64,000 bases of DNA from an uncultured Methanoregulaceae archaeon (GTDB lineage: Archaea; Halobacteriota; Methanomicrobia; Methanomicrobiales; Methanospirillaceae): positions 1 to 64,000 of the forward strand of contig CAVTTL010000001.1 of assembly GCA_963737635.1 (NCBI GenBank), written 5' to 3'. Within the stretch, counting starts at the first letter, position 1. Every line of letters starts with the position of its first letter. Under the pieces are notes generated by a model that was not told the DNA's origin, did not search any database, and was given only the letters and a program-made list of their open reading frames with translations. The translations under genes were made by a program, and so were the position numbers. Below are positions 13,776-24,630 of the stretch, one piece after another.

Positions 13776-15961
13776 CTACGGGAACTGCTCTTCATTTTCC
13801 CGCACTGTCTGTTCGGGCTTATGCTCTGTTGTCACATCCCGGACAGTCCCGATAACTGCAGGCCGGTTCTTGTAAGTACCAACCCCTACGGATAATTTTA
13901 CGAGGATACGGGTTACAGCGTCCTTGTGGAGCATCTTGAACTCATACGACTTCTGCACAGGTTTTCCCGCGAGCCGGCTCTGTTGTCGTTCCATGACCAT
14001 CGTGCGATCCTCTGGCGCAATGAGGAGAGGAACGGGCAATCCTATGATCTCTGCCGGAGCGTATCCGATCATGGTAGCAAAAGTCTCGTTGCAAAACGTA
14101 AGGATACCCTCCTGCATTAAAAATACCCCATCCTGACTGTTCTCGACAAGGACCCGGTATTGCTCTTCCGACTGCCTCAGCTCCTCTTGTACCTGTTTCA
14201 ACTGGGTGATATCCCGGAAAATCCCTTCTGCGCCTGCATAATTTCCGCAGGTATCGTAACAGATGTGGCTGCTCGTCGAGACCGTGATGGAAGAACCATC
14301 CTTTCGTTTCAGAGCAATCTCCCTGTTCGAAACAGACTGAGTTTTTTTCAGTGTGGCCAGAAAACTATCCCGCTGGATCGGATCCGCGTAAAACTCCTTG
14401 GCTGGCCTACCGATCATATCTTCTATGTCCTGATATCCAAGAAGTACAGCTCCTGATGGGCTTACCATTACGAGAGTCTCGAAAACGTCTGTCCGGTAAT
14501 AAACGTCCTGCATATTTTCAAGAATGGCCCGGTATTTTTCTTCGGACGCAGCCAGTATTTTCTGGTTTTCTGCGAGAGTGTCATACTGCGTCCGCAGTTC
14601 TTCCTCTGCCGCAGCGAGCCGTTCATTCATTATCAGGAGGTTATTTTCGGCTTTTTTCCGGTCCGTTATATCCGTATGCGTCCCGGTCATCCGAGTGGGT
14701 TTGCCGTCATCACCGCGTTTGACGATCTTGCCTCGCGAGAGTATCCATTTCAACTGTCCGGACTTCATCTTGAGGCGCTGCTCTATCTGGAACAGGTCGG
14801 TTTTTCCCTCAAGGTAGGCGGAAAGAGCGGCCTGCGTCGCCGGAAGATCCTCTTCATAGACCAGGTCACTCCATACCCCTGCAATTTCCGGGAGTCTGCC
14901 GGTTCATAACCGAGAATTTCACATCCCCGTGAACTGACAAATACTTCACCGGTAGTCATGTTCACATCCCAGAGGCCGTCATTCGCACCTTCAAGCGCAA
15001 ACCTCAGGCGTTCCTCGCTTTCCCGCAATGCCTCTTCCGCATTTTTCCGGTCATCTTCTTCATCTATCATCCTGACGGCAAACGATAGGTCTCCGACCAG
15101 CTCCTGGAGGAGGTCGACGATCTGGTCATCAAAAAACCCGGTCTCGGGAGCATAGAGGGAAATAACACCGGCATTTTTTGTCCCGAGGGAAAACGGGAAG
15201 GAGGCATTTGCCCGGTACCCCCGTTTCAGGGCATCTTCCCGCCATGGATCCATGTGGGGATCACGGGTAATATCGTTAGAGAGAAAGTACTTTCCTTCGC
15301 GGTATGCTGTGCCGGTTAGTCCGCGCCCACGGGGGACGTCTTCCGTTGAAATATCGACATGATCAAGGTACCCGTCGACATACCCGGCAGAGGCTACAGG
15401 TTTAACCGTAGCCTGTTCTTCGTCGACAAGACCGATCCAGGCCATGCGAAACCCCCCGGTCTCCACAAGGATCCGGGAGATCTCGGAAAAAAACCCACTT
15501 TTTGTCCTGAGGTGAATCATCGCCCGATTGGTTGCAGAAAGCACCGAGTATAACCTGTTCAGCGATTCAATCTTTCCCGCGGACCGGTGATGGTCGATGG
15601 CAACCAGTACTTTATGGGTCAGCTCGGCAAACTGGCTCTTCGGCTCGCCGCCTTTCTGGATATAAAAGTCGGCCCCTTCATTCAGGGCCTGGATGACAAT
15701 CTCTTCCCGGCCGCGGCCGGTAAAGACAATAAACGGAGTAGTATTTCCCGAACTCCTTATTTTTTTTAAAAATTCAATACCGTCCATGCCTGGCATTTGG
15801 TAATCAGATATGATACCATCGTATCTTTTCGAACACAACAGGGTCTGCGCTTCCGTAGCAGATCCGATCGTGTCAACGATGAGCTTCCCGCTTTGCTCAA
15901 GGAAAAGTTTGCCAATCTCCAGTAGTGCAGGTTCATCATCGACGTAGAGAACAGTATACAC
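13776..15961 (-). CDS. REC-GAF-PAS-PAS-PAS signalling protein with no kinase domain (frameshift near 14890; appears C-terminally truncated)
   Basis: VLYVDDE...ISDYQMPGMDG receiver; GAF (FRMAWIG...GRGLTGTAYRE); three PAS/PAC units. Ends at ...VRENEEQFP*. Confidence 0.8.
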
Positions 15962-16064
15962 GATACAACGTCCTCGAATGGCAATAGGACATTTCACGGT
16001 CTATAGTTATTAAATTGTTTAGACATAGGACTGAAACTTTAAAGGACTTGGATCATTGACCAGA

Positions 16065-16902
16065 TCAGGATACATCACCATGAACATGATCGTGTTCTTT
16101 TGAGTGAATATGGAGGTGCTCGTGGAGCAGTTTCCCGTGTCGGTGCATGTGCCGGTGGACGAGGTTTGCCGAGATCAGTAAATCCTGGTTACCCATAACG
16201 TTTGCACAGTCTGCATCCGCTTTTATCATATGGTCTTCCCCGACAACTATCGCACGGGTGCTGATCTGTTCCACGATATCGAGGTCATGCGTCGCCGTGA
16301 TAATGGTCTTGCCACACTTCGCAAGGTTCCGGATGAGTTCGATGAGCCAGCTCTGGCTTCGCGGGTCAAGACCACCGGTGGGTTCATCGAGCAGGAGAAC
16401 ATCGGGATTTGTCGATAGGATCGATGCGATACAGACTTTCTTTTTTTCACCGCCGCTCAGGATGTGGGGTGCCCGGTCCTTCAGGTTTTCAATCCCCAGC
16501 ATGGCGATAACATCTTCGGTACGCGTCTGGACTTCGTCTGGAGGCAGATCGAGCTGGAGCGGGCCAAAGGCAATTTCGTCAAAGACCGTCGAAGAGAAGA
16601 GCTCGGATATCCGGGTTCTGGAACAAAAAACCCACTTTCTTGCGGAAGAAACGATTGAATTCGTTGTTCTCCAGCGTATCAAATACTTCTTCTTTTACCA
16701 GGTTTCCGAATGCGTAAAATTCTCCCGATGTCGGGTATGTCAGGGCATTTAACATCGAAAGAAGTGTCGACTTGCCGCTTCCGTTCGCCCCGAGGATAGC
16801 AACCTGCTCTCCTGTACGGAATGATAGCGTCACACCCCTGAGGGCCTCAAACCGCCTCAGGTACGTGTAAGATACGTCGCGCAGGTCAAAGATGGGTTCC
16901 AT
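16065..16902 (-). CDS. nikO: ECF transporter ATPase NikO/CbiO with His-rich C-tail (frameshift near 16604)
   Basis: GANGSGKST, FQNPD, LSGGEKKKV, LLLDEPT, THD; tail HRHMHRHGKLLHEHLHIHSKEHDHVHG. Confidence 0.9.
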
Positions 16903-16925
16903 CGTAATAACTCACCGCTCTCTCA

Positions 16926-17876
16926 TTAAAACCGGATAAGGTTCGCGGATGCAAGCATCAGGACAGCACTGAGTGCAAAGACACTTATGCATGCGACATA
17001 ATCGCGACGGTGCAATGCATAGCGGTGCAGAATTTTAATGTCGCCGTTGAACCCCCGGGAGACCATGGCACCATGCACCTTCTCGCTCATGCTAAGCGCT
17101 TTTACCAGCGTATAACCGACACGGCCACCCACCCATTTCTGTTCCTCGACAAGAGGCATGGTTTTGATGGCCCTGCTCTTTTTTGCCGTGTAGAAATCCT
17201 TGATCATGGCGCTGAAAAGGAAAATATACCGGTAGCACATGCCCAAGGTAAGGATATAGACCTTTGGCACTTTAAGTGAACGCAGGGATTTGAAGAGCAG
17301 GTCCCGGGGTGTCGTGAGAAATAAGAGAACGGCCCCCGATACACAGGTTGCCACCCGGAATACGAAGAGTGACGCCACCGTCACACCCTGCCATGTAATA
17401 GTAATGACAGCCGGCAGTGCAAACGGGCCGAGATGTGCACCCGGGCCAGGAGTAAAGAGGGTGACGAGCGTATCGCCGGGGGTAAAGATATTGAAGAGAA
17501 CCGGGATCATGATGATCCCTGCGAAGATCGGGATGAACACCCAGACACGCTTGAGGAAGAACCAGAGTTCTATCCTGCTTGCCCAGGCAAAGACGAGCGT
17601 GAGCATATACACAAATGCGAGAAGCCAGATGTTGTGGGTCATGGCCACAGCAAAGATGAGGACGACCATCGAGACTAGTTTTACCCGGGGATCCAAACTC
17701 TGCAGCAGGCCTTTGCGTTGTGCAATACTGTCATTGATGAGGCATTCCTCAAAGAACGTAAAGATATCAGAGATCGCCTTCTGGACAAAGCCCTTCTTTC
17801 TGCTCACGCTAAAAGCACAACAAGAACACGGAGCTGTTTCGATCTTCTGCATCCATTCAGGTATCATGGTGTTCAT
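16926..17876 (-). CDS. nikQ: ECF transporter T component NikQ/CbiQ
   Basis: LQSLDPRVKL, multiple TM helices, YRYIFLF, conserved KSR and SRG motifs. Confidence 0.9.
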   Translation of the reverse strand: MNTMIPEWMQKIETAPCSCCAFSVSRKKGFVQKAISDIFTFFEECLINDSIAQRKGLLQSLDPRVKLVSMVVLIFAVAMTHNIWLLAFVYMLTLVFAWASRIELWFFLKRVWVFIPIFAGIIMIPVLFNIFTPGDTLVTLFTPGPGAHLGPFALPAVITITWQGVTVASLFVFRVATCVSGAVLLFLTTPRDLLFKSLRSLKVPKVYILTLGMCYRYIFLFSAMIKDFYTAKKSRAIKTMPLVEEQKWVGGRVGYTLVKALSMSEKVHGAMVSRGFNGDIKILHRYALHRRDYVACISVFALSAVLMLASANLIRF

Positions 17877-18595
17877 TTGTCCTGATACACCCGGGCAAGC
17901 TATTGGCTTGAGCGCCAGTTATTGCTACGATTATGAATTAATGTGATACCTAGTAGTTAAAAAGCATTGGGATTTGCGATTCTGTTTGACTAATGCGGAG
18001 GATGGTAGCGAAAAATGCCTGAGCCGGTTAGAACGTGATATAACCATTGTCAGCTCGATTGGTTACTCATGAAATATAGCTTATTTTAATTAACAAAATT
18101 TTAAAGTTAAAAGGAAAAAATTATAATACCAACTGACTAATAGAGTAACTGTCTCTTTGGAGAACACACGCACCAAAGGACACATGCACACAGACACACA
18201 GGAACAAAAGAGAATATCAGAACAATGCTCGAACGGCAGATTTGTTAATATAAATAATGCACGACACCGGCACAACCGCATCTTATAGAAAGAGTATCAT
18301 CTGCACCATCCACTCTTTGCGGTCCCGGTGTCAGAATCTGCTGCGGGGAATTTCTGTTTTCAATTGATGTTTTAATGGGATTAAGCATCGTCTATATCGC
18401 CGATACTTCCAGAAATCGAAGTCATTTTGGTAATTGATCTGAGTTTTATCGGGAATTTTAGCATACGCGAATTCCGACTCCTCGCGGACGAACCAGATCG
18501 GAGTTTGCCATAAGATCTTACAAAGTATTACTCAAACGCCAGGTTTTTCAAAACCTTAAAAAACAAGAAGCTATGATATTCACATACCTGATTGT

Positions 18596-19018
18596 ATGAC
18601 CCTTGACAATGATCTCTCCCGCATCGGGATTTCTCTTCCCAAAAACCTGCTCGACCGGTTTGATGAAATTATCAATGCCCGGGGATATTCCTCCCGGTCT
18701 GAAGGTATTCGCGATGCGATCCGGACCTATATTACCTATTACAAGTGGATGGCCGATGTCAAAGGAGAACGCGAGGGTGTTATCACAATGGTCTACGATC
18801 ACGATCAGCGGGGACTTCTCACTACCATCACCGATGTCCAGCATGAGTTCCACGAGATCATCAAGGCATCCCTCCATTCGCATGTAACCCACAACCGGTG
18901 CCTAGAAGTCATTCTAGTCCACGGCGATGGTTCACAGCTCAAAACACTTGCCGAGAGGTTGATGTCCCAGAAAGGGGTCGAATCGGTAAAACTCACTACG
19001 ATCCAAATTGAAGAATAA
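18596..19018 (+). CDS. nikR: Nickel-responsive regulator NikR
   Basis: RHH RIGISLP...SRSEGIRDAIR; ACT domain with YDH, HSH and CLEV Ni ligands. Confidence 0.96.
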   Translation: MTLDNDLSRIGISLPKNLLDRFDEIINARGYSSRSEGIRDAIRTYITYYKWMADVKGEREGVITMVYDHDQRGLLTTITDVQHEFHEIIKASLHSHVTHNRCLEVILVHGDGSQLKTLAERLMSQKGVESVKLTTIQIEE

Positions 19019-19066
19019 AGAAATATTCTCGTTTTTTCATGTGACGCATACGTTTCTGGCGTCATC

Positions 19067-19678
19067 CTATTTCTGTACCGCATGCAAAATGCCCATTACG
19101 CCTAGGGCTGAATACACTGGTGAGCGGTCAAGAGAGAATGTGTAGTGATTGCCGATAAACTCCAGCAGTACCGGATTGGGTACCGGGCTGATCGGGGGAA
19201 TGTGCAACTCCATTTCTATTCTCCGGATACCTTCAAGGTCCCGGGACCGGATCAGCCATTCTGCTCCTTCGGCATCACATTTCAGAAAATCGCAGCCGCC
19301 GGCCATTTCAATAATTTTCCTGAGAGGGAAGGTAGGTGACATCACCCGGCACTCATCCCATACGATCTCGGCCGGTTCACCTGTTCCCAATGCTCCTTTG
19401 ATTACCCGGACATCCGCGCGGTTGAGGGCAATATTCTCTTCAAGGATATCAGTAGTTACCGGCTCAAGGGCAACGATGTGCCGGGAGAGCCTGGCGGCCC
19501 GGAGGCTGAATGCTCCGACATTTGCCCCAATATCTATGACACGATCCTCTTTGAGGATATCATTGAAGTGGTATTCCGTCACATCCAGGATCTGCCGGTA
19601 CGGTACTGCATGCACATGAAACTGTACCTGATCACGAACGACAATGTTTGGCGGCATGGTGCTACCCTTTATCTGCAT
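19067..19678 (-). CDS. FkbM-like SAM-dependent methyltransferase
   Basis: VIDIGANVGAFS, ALEP, DFLKCDAEGAEW, EMELH. Confidence 0.8.
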   Translation of the reverse strand: MQIKGSTMPPNIVVRDQVQFHVHAVPYRQILDVTEYHFNDILKEDRVIDIGANVGAFSLRAARLSRHIVALEPVTTDILEENIALNRADVRVIKGALGTGEPAEIVWDECRVMSPTFPLRKIIEMAGGCDFLKCDAEGAEWLIRSRDLEGIRRIEMELHIPPISPVPNPVLLEFIGNHYTFSLDRSPVYSALGVMGILHAVQK

Positions 19679-19847
19679 TCTTCAGAAGGAATTTTGCGAA
19701 CCTAAAGATAAAATCTCTCGTATGCAAATCGGCGAGACTTTTGAACTGTTTGCATGTTATTGCGACTCAATCGTATTCATCTGAGATTGCGTCTTGGACA
19801 CAGGTTTATAGTTGGAAGTTGTATCCCTGCCGAAAAAAGAAAAGAAA

Positions 19848-20531
19848 TCAGATCGATGGAGGTGTATCGGATTCTGTACGATCGAACACCACCGTAGTTG
19901 TGCCCTGTTGTACAGTGATATGTTCGGGATACGTAAGCCCCGGATACATCGGATTGGTCGATTGTGGATAATAATAGACAATATTAATGGTCGGGGGAGC
20001 CGAGGGTTCGGACGGATTTGACAGTTTCACATTATAGCCATTGCCTCCCATCGAACTCCAGGTCCCGGAATAGGTGATGGTCGGATTGTCTATGGCATAA
20101 TTACCCGATACCTCTTTGAGGGTCCCAAAATTGAAACTCACCGAACCGTCCGGGTAGAACCACAGCTCCGATCCCATCATGGTGGCGGTTGTAGATTGGT
20201 TCATCCACCGATGGAGAATAGGATCGGTTGCGGCTGAAGTGGTCATGGGAATGGCCGTAACCTGCGTGGTCAGTGTAGCAGTAACCGTTGGCGTGCCCGG
20301 GGCGGTTGTCGTGACCGAAGTCGCGCTCGCGGCCGGTGTTTGCACGGGCGTCGCGGCTGCCACCTGAGGTGTAGTCGAACTTGTACACCCGGCTACCAGC
20401 ATCACGGCGATACAGGTTAAAATCAGGAATAAGCAGGATGTTTTCTTAAAATACTGTGAATTCTTATTGCTACTCGATAATAATCTCCCTTTTTCATTAT
20501 GGTCCAATTTGGGCATTTCTTCTGTCTCCAT
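19848..20531 (-). CDS. Hypothetical lipoprotein with Thr/Pro-rich linker
   Basis: Hydrophobic stretch ending in an archaeal lipobox (LVAGC), T/P-rich linker, small beta domain (DPILHRW...YSGTW). Confidence 0.7.
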   Translation of the reverse strand: METEEMPKLDHNEKGRLLSSSNKNSQYFKKTSCLFLILTCIAVMLVAGCTSSTTPQVAAATPVQTPAASATSVTTTAPGTPTVTATLTTQVTAIPMTTSAATDPILHRWMNQSTTATMMGSELWFYPDGSVSFNFGTLKEVSGNYAIDNPTITYSGTWSSMGGNGYNVKLSNPSEPSAPPTINIVYYYPQSTNPMYPGLTYPEHITVQQGTTTVVFDRTESDTPPSI

Positions 20532-20662
20532 TTAATTGAGTTAGATATTATCTAATATTACCCCTACCCCTACTTAAAATTGTTTAACACTATTATATTA
20601 CATTAAATTATTCACAGTCATGAATTATATATGCGCATAACGAAACGGTATAATGAGATTAG

Positions 20663-20923
20663 ATGGCTAGCGGAAGACCTAAGGGAAAAATGCTGTTAGG
20701 CTTTAATGCCCCGGAAGAGATGGTAAAAAAGCTTGATGAAATTGCCGTCAAACGAGGGGGCGTCAACCGTACGGTTCTTTTAACTGAGGCGGTTACGGAA
20801 TTTATAGAACGCAACACGAACCCCGATATTATTAAAGATCAGATTCGCCAGGCGCTGCGGGAGGAGCCCGGACTCGTTGCCGAAGCGGTCCAGATATATG
20901 CGGCTCGCAAGCTCCAGAAATGA
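20663..20923 (+). CDS. CopG/ribbon-helix-helix DNA-binding protein
   Basis: LLGFNAPEEMVKKLDEIAVKRGGVNRTVLLTEAVTEFI fits beta-alpha-alpha RHH. TTATATA about 30 nt upstream. Confidence 0.75.
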   Translation: MASGRPKGKMLLGFNAPEEMVKKLDEIAVKRGGVNRTVLLTEAVTEFIERNTNPDIIKDQIRQALREEPGLVAEAVQIYAARKLQK

Positions 20924-21229
20924 TCTGGTGAAAATTCACTTCTGCTAGCACTTCTTTTATGGTTTGAATTGCGAAGGAATCGCAAAAGGCGTTTCTATAG
21001 CGTTGCTGGGACGTTAAAATACTTGATACGTGGATGGTACGAAGAGAAATTGTTTTGAGTCCTTCAATGCAACAAGGCCCTTGTCAGGCTCTGATGGTCT
21101 AATCTGTTGACTGGGCTTTGCGATTTGTAAATGAAAGTTACTTTCGGAAGTACTGGGAACACGCAATCTCAAGATATAAACTCGTATAAGGTTTACGGGT
21201 AAATTGCCGCCTGCTCAACAGAGGTAAAG

Positions 21230-21627
21230 TCACCGGTAATGCCTGCCGCTGCCCGTGGTGCATTCGTAGTTTGCATCGAGAAGAACCCGGACGCTTTCCA
21301 TTATCTGGAAGAAAATCTCAGGAAAAATTGTGTTTGCAATAAGGTGATCGTTATCCGGGCGACATGTTCTGTCCCGGAATTCTCCCGGAAGGACCATTTG
21401 ACCGGGCGATCGTACCGACACCCTACGGCAGGGACATCCTCGAAAGGATCATACCCCTGATTAAGAGCGGCGGGATAATCCATTTCTATACTTTTAAAAA
21501 CCGAAAACAGAGCGAAAAAAGGGCAAACGAATTCGGAAAAAGGGGAGATAGGGTAATCACCCGGCGCCGGTGCGGTAATGTGGCACCTGCCGTAAGTCGT
21601 TGGGTATTCGATCTGAAGATTCCGTAA
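21230..21627 (+). pseudogene. 5'-truncated Met-10+/Trm5-like SAM methyltransferase fragment
   Basis: PAAARGAFVVCIEKNPDAFHYLEENLRKN, then after a frameshift FDRAIVPTPYG...IHFYTF...CGNVAPAVSRWVFDL. Motif I and everything N-terminal are missing. Confidence 0.7.
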
Positions 21628-21664
21628 TGTCTCTTTAAAGATTGAGAGCACCGCAGGAAACGGA

Positions 21665-22519
21665 TCAATATTCTTTGAACACCTCGTATATTGCGGAGAA
21701 ATCGAGGGAATCAATACCCTTCGATCGCGTAATAGCATACAGCTCTTTTACAGTACTGCCGATAAACAGCGGTTTATTGAGAGTACGACAAAGATCCTGA
21801 AGATAGTGCAGATCCTTGTAGATAAGCGCTGAGGAAAAATGCGCTGAAAATTCGGCATTTTTAAGTTTATCTTTTTTTGCCGCAAGCACCATCGAGTTGC
21901 CTGCCCCCGAGAGCAGGATATCGATCACCTCATCCTGCCTGACACCTGCAGCCTCACCAAGTGCCACCGCTTCTGCGCAGGTCGCCATAAACGAACCAAG
22001 GACGAAATTGTTAACCAGTTTCATCTTTGTGGCAAGTGCCGGTTCCCCCAGATAAAACAGGGTCGAGCCAATCCGGGAAAGAAGGGGTTGAACTGATTCG
22101 TAGGCTTTTTGATCCCCGCTGACGAGAACCGTCAGTTTTCCCTGGGATGCAGGCACCACACTGCCAAGCACCGGGCATTCGAGATAAATCGCCCCATGTT
22201 CACGTACCAGAGTATGGAATGCGAGGACGCGCCCGAAGTGATTCGTCGTCGTATCAATGATAATCTTTCCGGCACAGGGACCGGATAAAAGCCCGTCCGG
22301 GCCGGTCAGGACAGATTCCACAGCGTCGCTGTCGAAAAGGTTGAGAATGATAACATCAACACGCCCGATCAGATCTTGAGGAGACTTAGCAATTGGCACC
22401 TTAAGATCGTCTGCTTTTGCCAGAGTCCGGTTCCACACGGTGAGGGAAACGCCCTGTTCGACCAGACGCTGTGCTATCGTATGGCCCAGATGTCCAAGGC
22501 CGATACATCCGACGTTCAT
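21665..22519 (-). CDS. NAD(P)-dependent beta-hydroxyacid dehydrogenase (3-hydroxyisobutyrate dehydrogenase family)
   Basis: GCIGLGHLG, VWNRT, ECPVLGS, MKLVNN, KDL motifs. Start taken at MNVGCIG. Confidence 0.9.
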   Translation of the reverse strand: MNVGCIGLGHLGHTIAQRLVEQGVSLTVWNRTLAKADDLKVPIAKSPQDLIGRVDVIILNLFDSDAVESVLTGPDGLLSGPCAGKIIIDTTTNHFGRVLAFHTLVREHGAIYLECPVLGSVVPASQGKLTVLVSGDQKAYESVQPLLSRIGSTLFYLGEPALATKMKLVNNFVLGSFMATCAEAVALGEAAGVRQDEVIDILLSGAGNSMVLAAKKDKLKNAEFSAHFSSALIYKDLHYLQDLCRTLNKPLFIGSTVKELYAITRSKGIDSLDFSAIYEVFKEY

Positions 22520-22710
22520 CGTGAGTTTCATGGAACATTCACAAAGGAATGCTTGATCGATCAGATTCATTAAGATATCACCCGGGAATGGCCTGAAACA
22601 AAAAAGGTATTCCCGGTCGTATTCAGGGATGTTGATTCCAATCGACTATCCGACCGGTATGTGTAAAAAACGAAAAAGACGGGTAAATGAACGAGAAAAA
22701 GAGGGGGGAT

Positions 22711-23902
22711 TTAATCGGCTCTCAGGGCATCAATCGGATCCATGTTTGAGGCCGCCCACGCAGGGTACATCCCGGATGCCACGCAGACTACTACGCCGAT
22801 GATCATACCATACGGGATGTAAATCAGACTATCCATGGTGAAGAAATACTGGGTGGTACCTATCATGGCATTCACGACCGAGTACCCGATAATAAAGCTC
22901 ATGATGCCACCCACCGCCGCACCGATGATGCCAAGGATAAGCGCCTCGTAGAGGAACATCCTGCGCACTTCACCTTTCTCTGTCCCAATCGAAAGCAGGA
23001 TACCGATTTCCTGCACCCGCTCCTTGACCGACATCATCATGACGTTGAAGATACTCACCGCCGCGACTACCAGAGATATCCCGCCGATTGCCATGATAAA
23101 GGTGGTAATCGTCCCAAGCGTGCTCGAGATCGTCGACAACCGGGAACTGGCGTCAGATATCCGCACCACATCGCTGTTCCTGTTTACTTTAGCGTTGATT
23201 GCATCTTCGGTCTGGTTGATGGTATCGACGTCCGCCACAATCACATTAACCTGATCGTACTGGTCCAGGCCGCCAAAGTGGTCAGTATACCAGGTATCGT
23301 CAACCACCATCCCGTTATCCACGTTAACGCCGTCAGCCGCAATGCCGCGTGCCTGGAGGATCCCGGCTACCCTTACCACCGGACGGGTGACAGTGGCACA
23401 GTTCTGCCCGATCTTAATCGTGCTTCCGACAACGAGGTTGAAGTTACTGGCAATGGTTGCGCCAACCAACACGTCGCTTCCCCGGATATTCGAGCCTTGT
23501 GCTACGGTGAGGAATTTCGGGACATCGCTGGGGTCGAGCCCATAGATCGTTCCGCGACCATTCTGGTCGCCGACGGTGAACTGGGTACTCGTATGGTGGA
23601 TCGGTACCACATCGTTCTGTCCCACGGAACCCTTGATATCGTTGAGTGTGCTTTCATCGATTGGTACTTGAAGTGGGTGCAGCCCCAAGGCCGGTGCTTA
23701 TTTTCACCACATCAGAGGTGAGCATAACCGTATTGACATCTGCTGACAGCTGGTTCTTTACTGAGAGCTGCATGTTGGTTCCCAGCATGCCCATCGATGA
23801 GATGGCTACAACACCGATCACGATCCCGATAGAGGCGAGAAGCGAGCGCAGGAAATTCAGCCGGACACTCCTGACCGAGAGATCAAAGAAGATATCCTTC
23901 AT
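22711..23902 (-). CDS. MacB/FtsX-type ABC permease (frameshift near 23662)
   Basis: RSLLASIGIVIGVVAI N-terminus; ISLVVAAVSIFNVMMMSVKERVQEIG; YPAWAASNMDPIDALR. Confidence 0.9.
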
Positions 23903-24615
23903 GAAGCCTCTACCTTTCCATCAGCTACGAGCTTTCCGTCAGCTACGACTTTTCCATCGGCAAGCCGGATTGTTCGCTGCGCGTAATGTGCGATATTTGG
24001 ATCGTGCGTCACAATAATAACCGTCTTACCTTTCCGGTGCAGGTCACAGAGGATCTCCATGATCTGGATACCGGTCTTGCTGTCAAGATTCCCGGTAGGC
24101 TCATCACAGAGAAGGATTTTAGGATCGTTGACCAGTGCCCGTGCGATGGCCACACGCTGCTGCTGCCCCCCGGAGAGCTGGTTGGGCCGGTGGGCACTCA
24201 TGTCTGCATCGATGCCCACTGCTTTGAGATAACCGGCAGCCCTTCCGGTCGTATCCCGCTTTTTGTACTTGAGAATGATGGGATATTCCACGTTCTCGTA
24301 TGCCGAAAGGAGAGGAATCAGGTAAAATTTCTGGAAGATATACCCGATAATATCCCGGCGCATATGGGTTCGTTCGAGGCTTGACATTTTCGCGACATTT
24401 TCACCGGACATATAAAGTTCACCGGAGGTCGGGACATCAAGAATGCCCAGCTGGTTCATCATCGTCGATTTACCGGAACCGGACGGACCCATAATCGCCA
24501 CAAATTCGTTCTCGGCAATATCGAGGGTCACGTGATCGAGCGCAGTAAAATCCCCACTCTCCAGATGATATGTTTTTGTGACATCAGTAAGCCGGATAAG
24601 TGGCATGTCGCTCAT
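23899..24615 (-). CDS. LolD/MacB-type ABC ATPase
   Basis: [39 protein letters not shown]. Confidence 0.95.
   Translation of the reverse strand: MSDMPLIRLTDVTKTYHLESGDFTALDHVTLDIAENEFVAIMGPSGSGKSTMMNQLGILDVPTSGELYMSGENVAKMSSLERTHMRRDIIGYIFQKFYLIPLLSAYENVEYPIILKYKKRDTTGRAAGYLKAVGIDADMSAHRPNQLSGGQQQRVAIARALVNDPKILLCDEPTGNLDSKTGIQIMEILCDLHRKGKTVIIVTHDPNIAHYAQRTIRLADGKVVADGKLVADGKVEAS
23914..23964. repeat. 18-bp in-frame tandem repeat (about 2.8 copies) at the ATPase 3' end
   Basis: CTTTCCATCAGCTACGAG / CTTTCCGTCAGCTACGAC / TTTTCCATCGGCAAG, encoding [18 protein letters not shown]. Confidence 0.75.
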
Positions 24616-24630
24616 GAACGATCACCTTGA

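Noticed and set aside
19704-21188. AAGATAAAATCTCTCGTAT / AAGATATAAACTCGTAT similarity flanking the RHH islet as att sites
   Set aside because: Short, gapped and AT-rich. Equally explained as TATA-like promoter sequence or chance, and no integrase is present.
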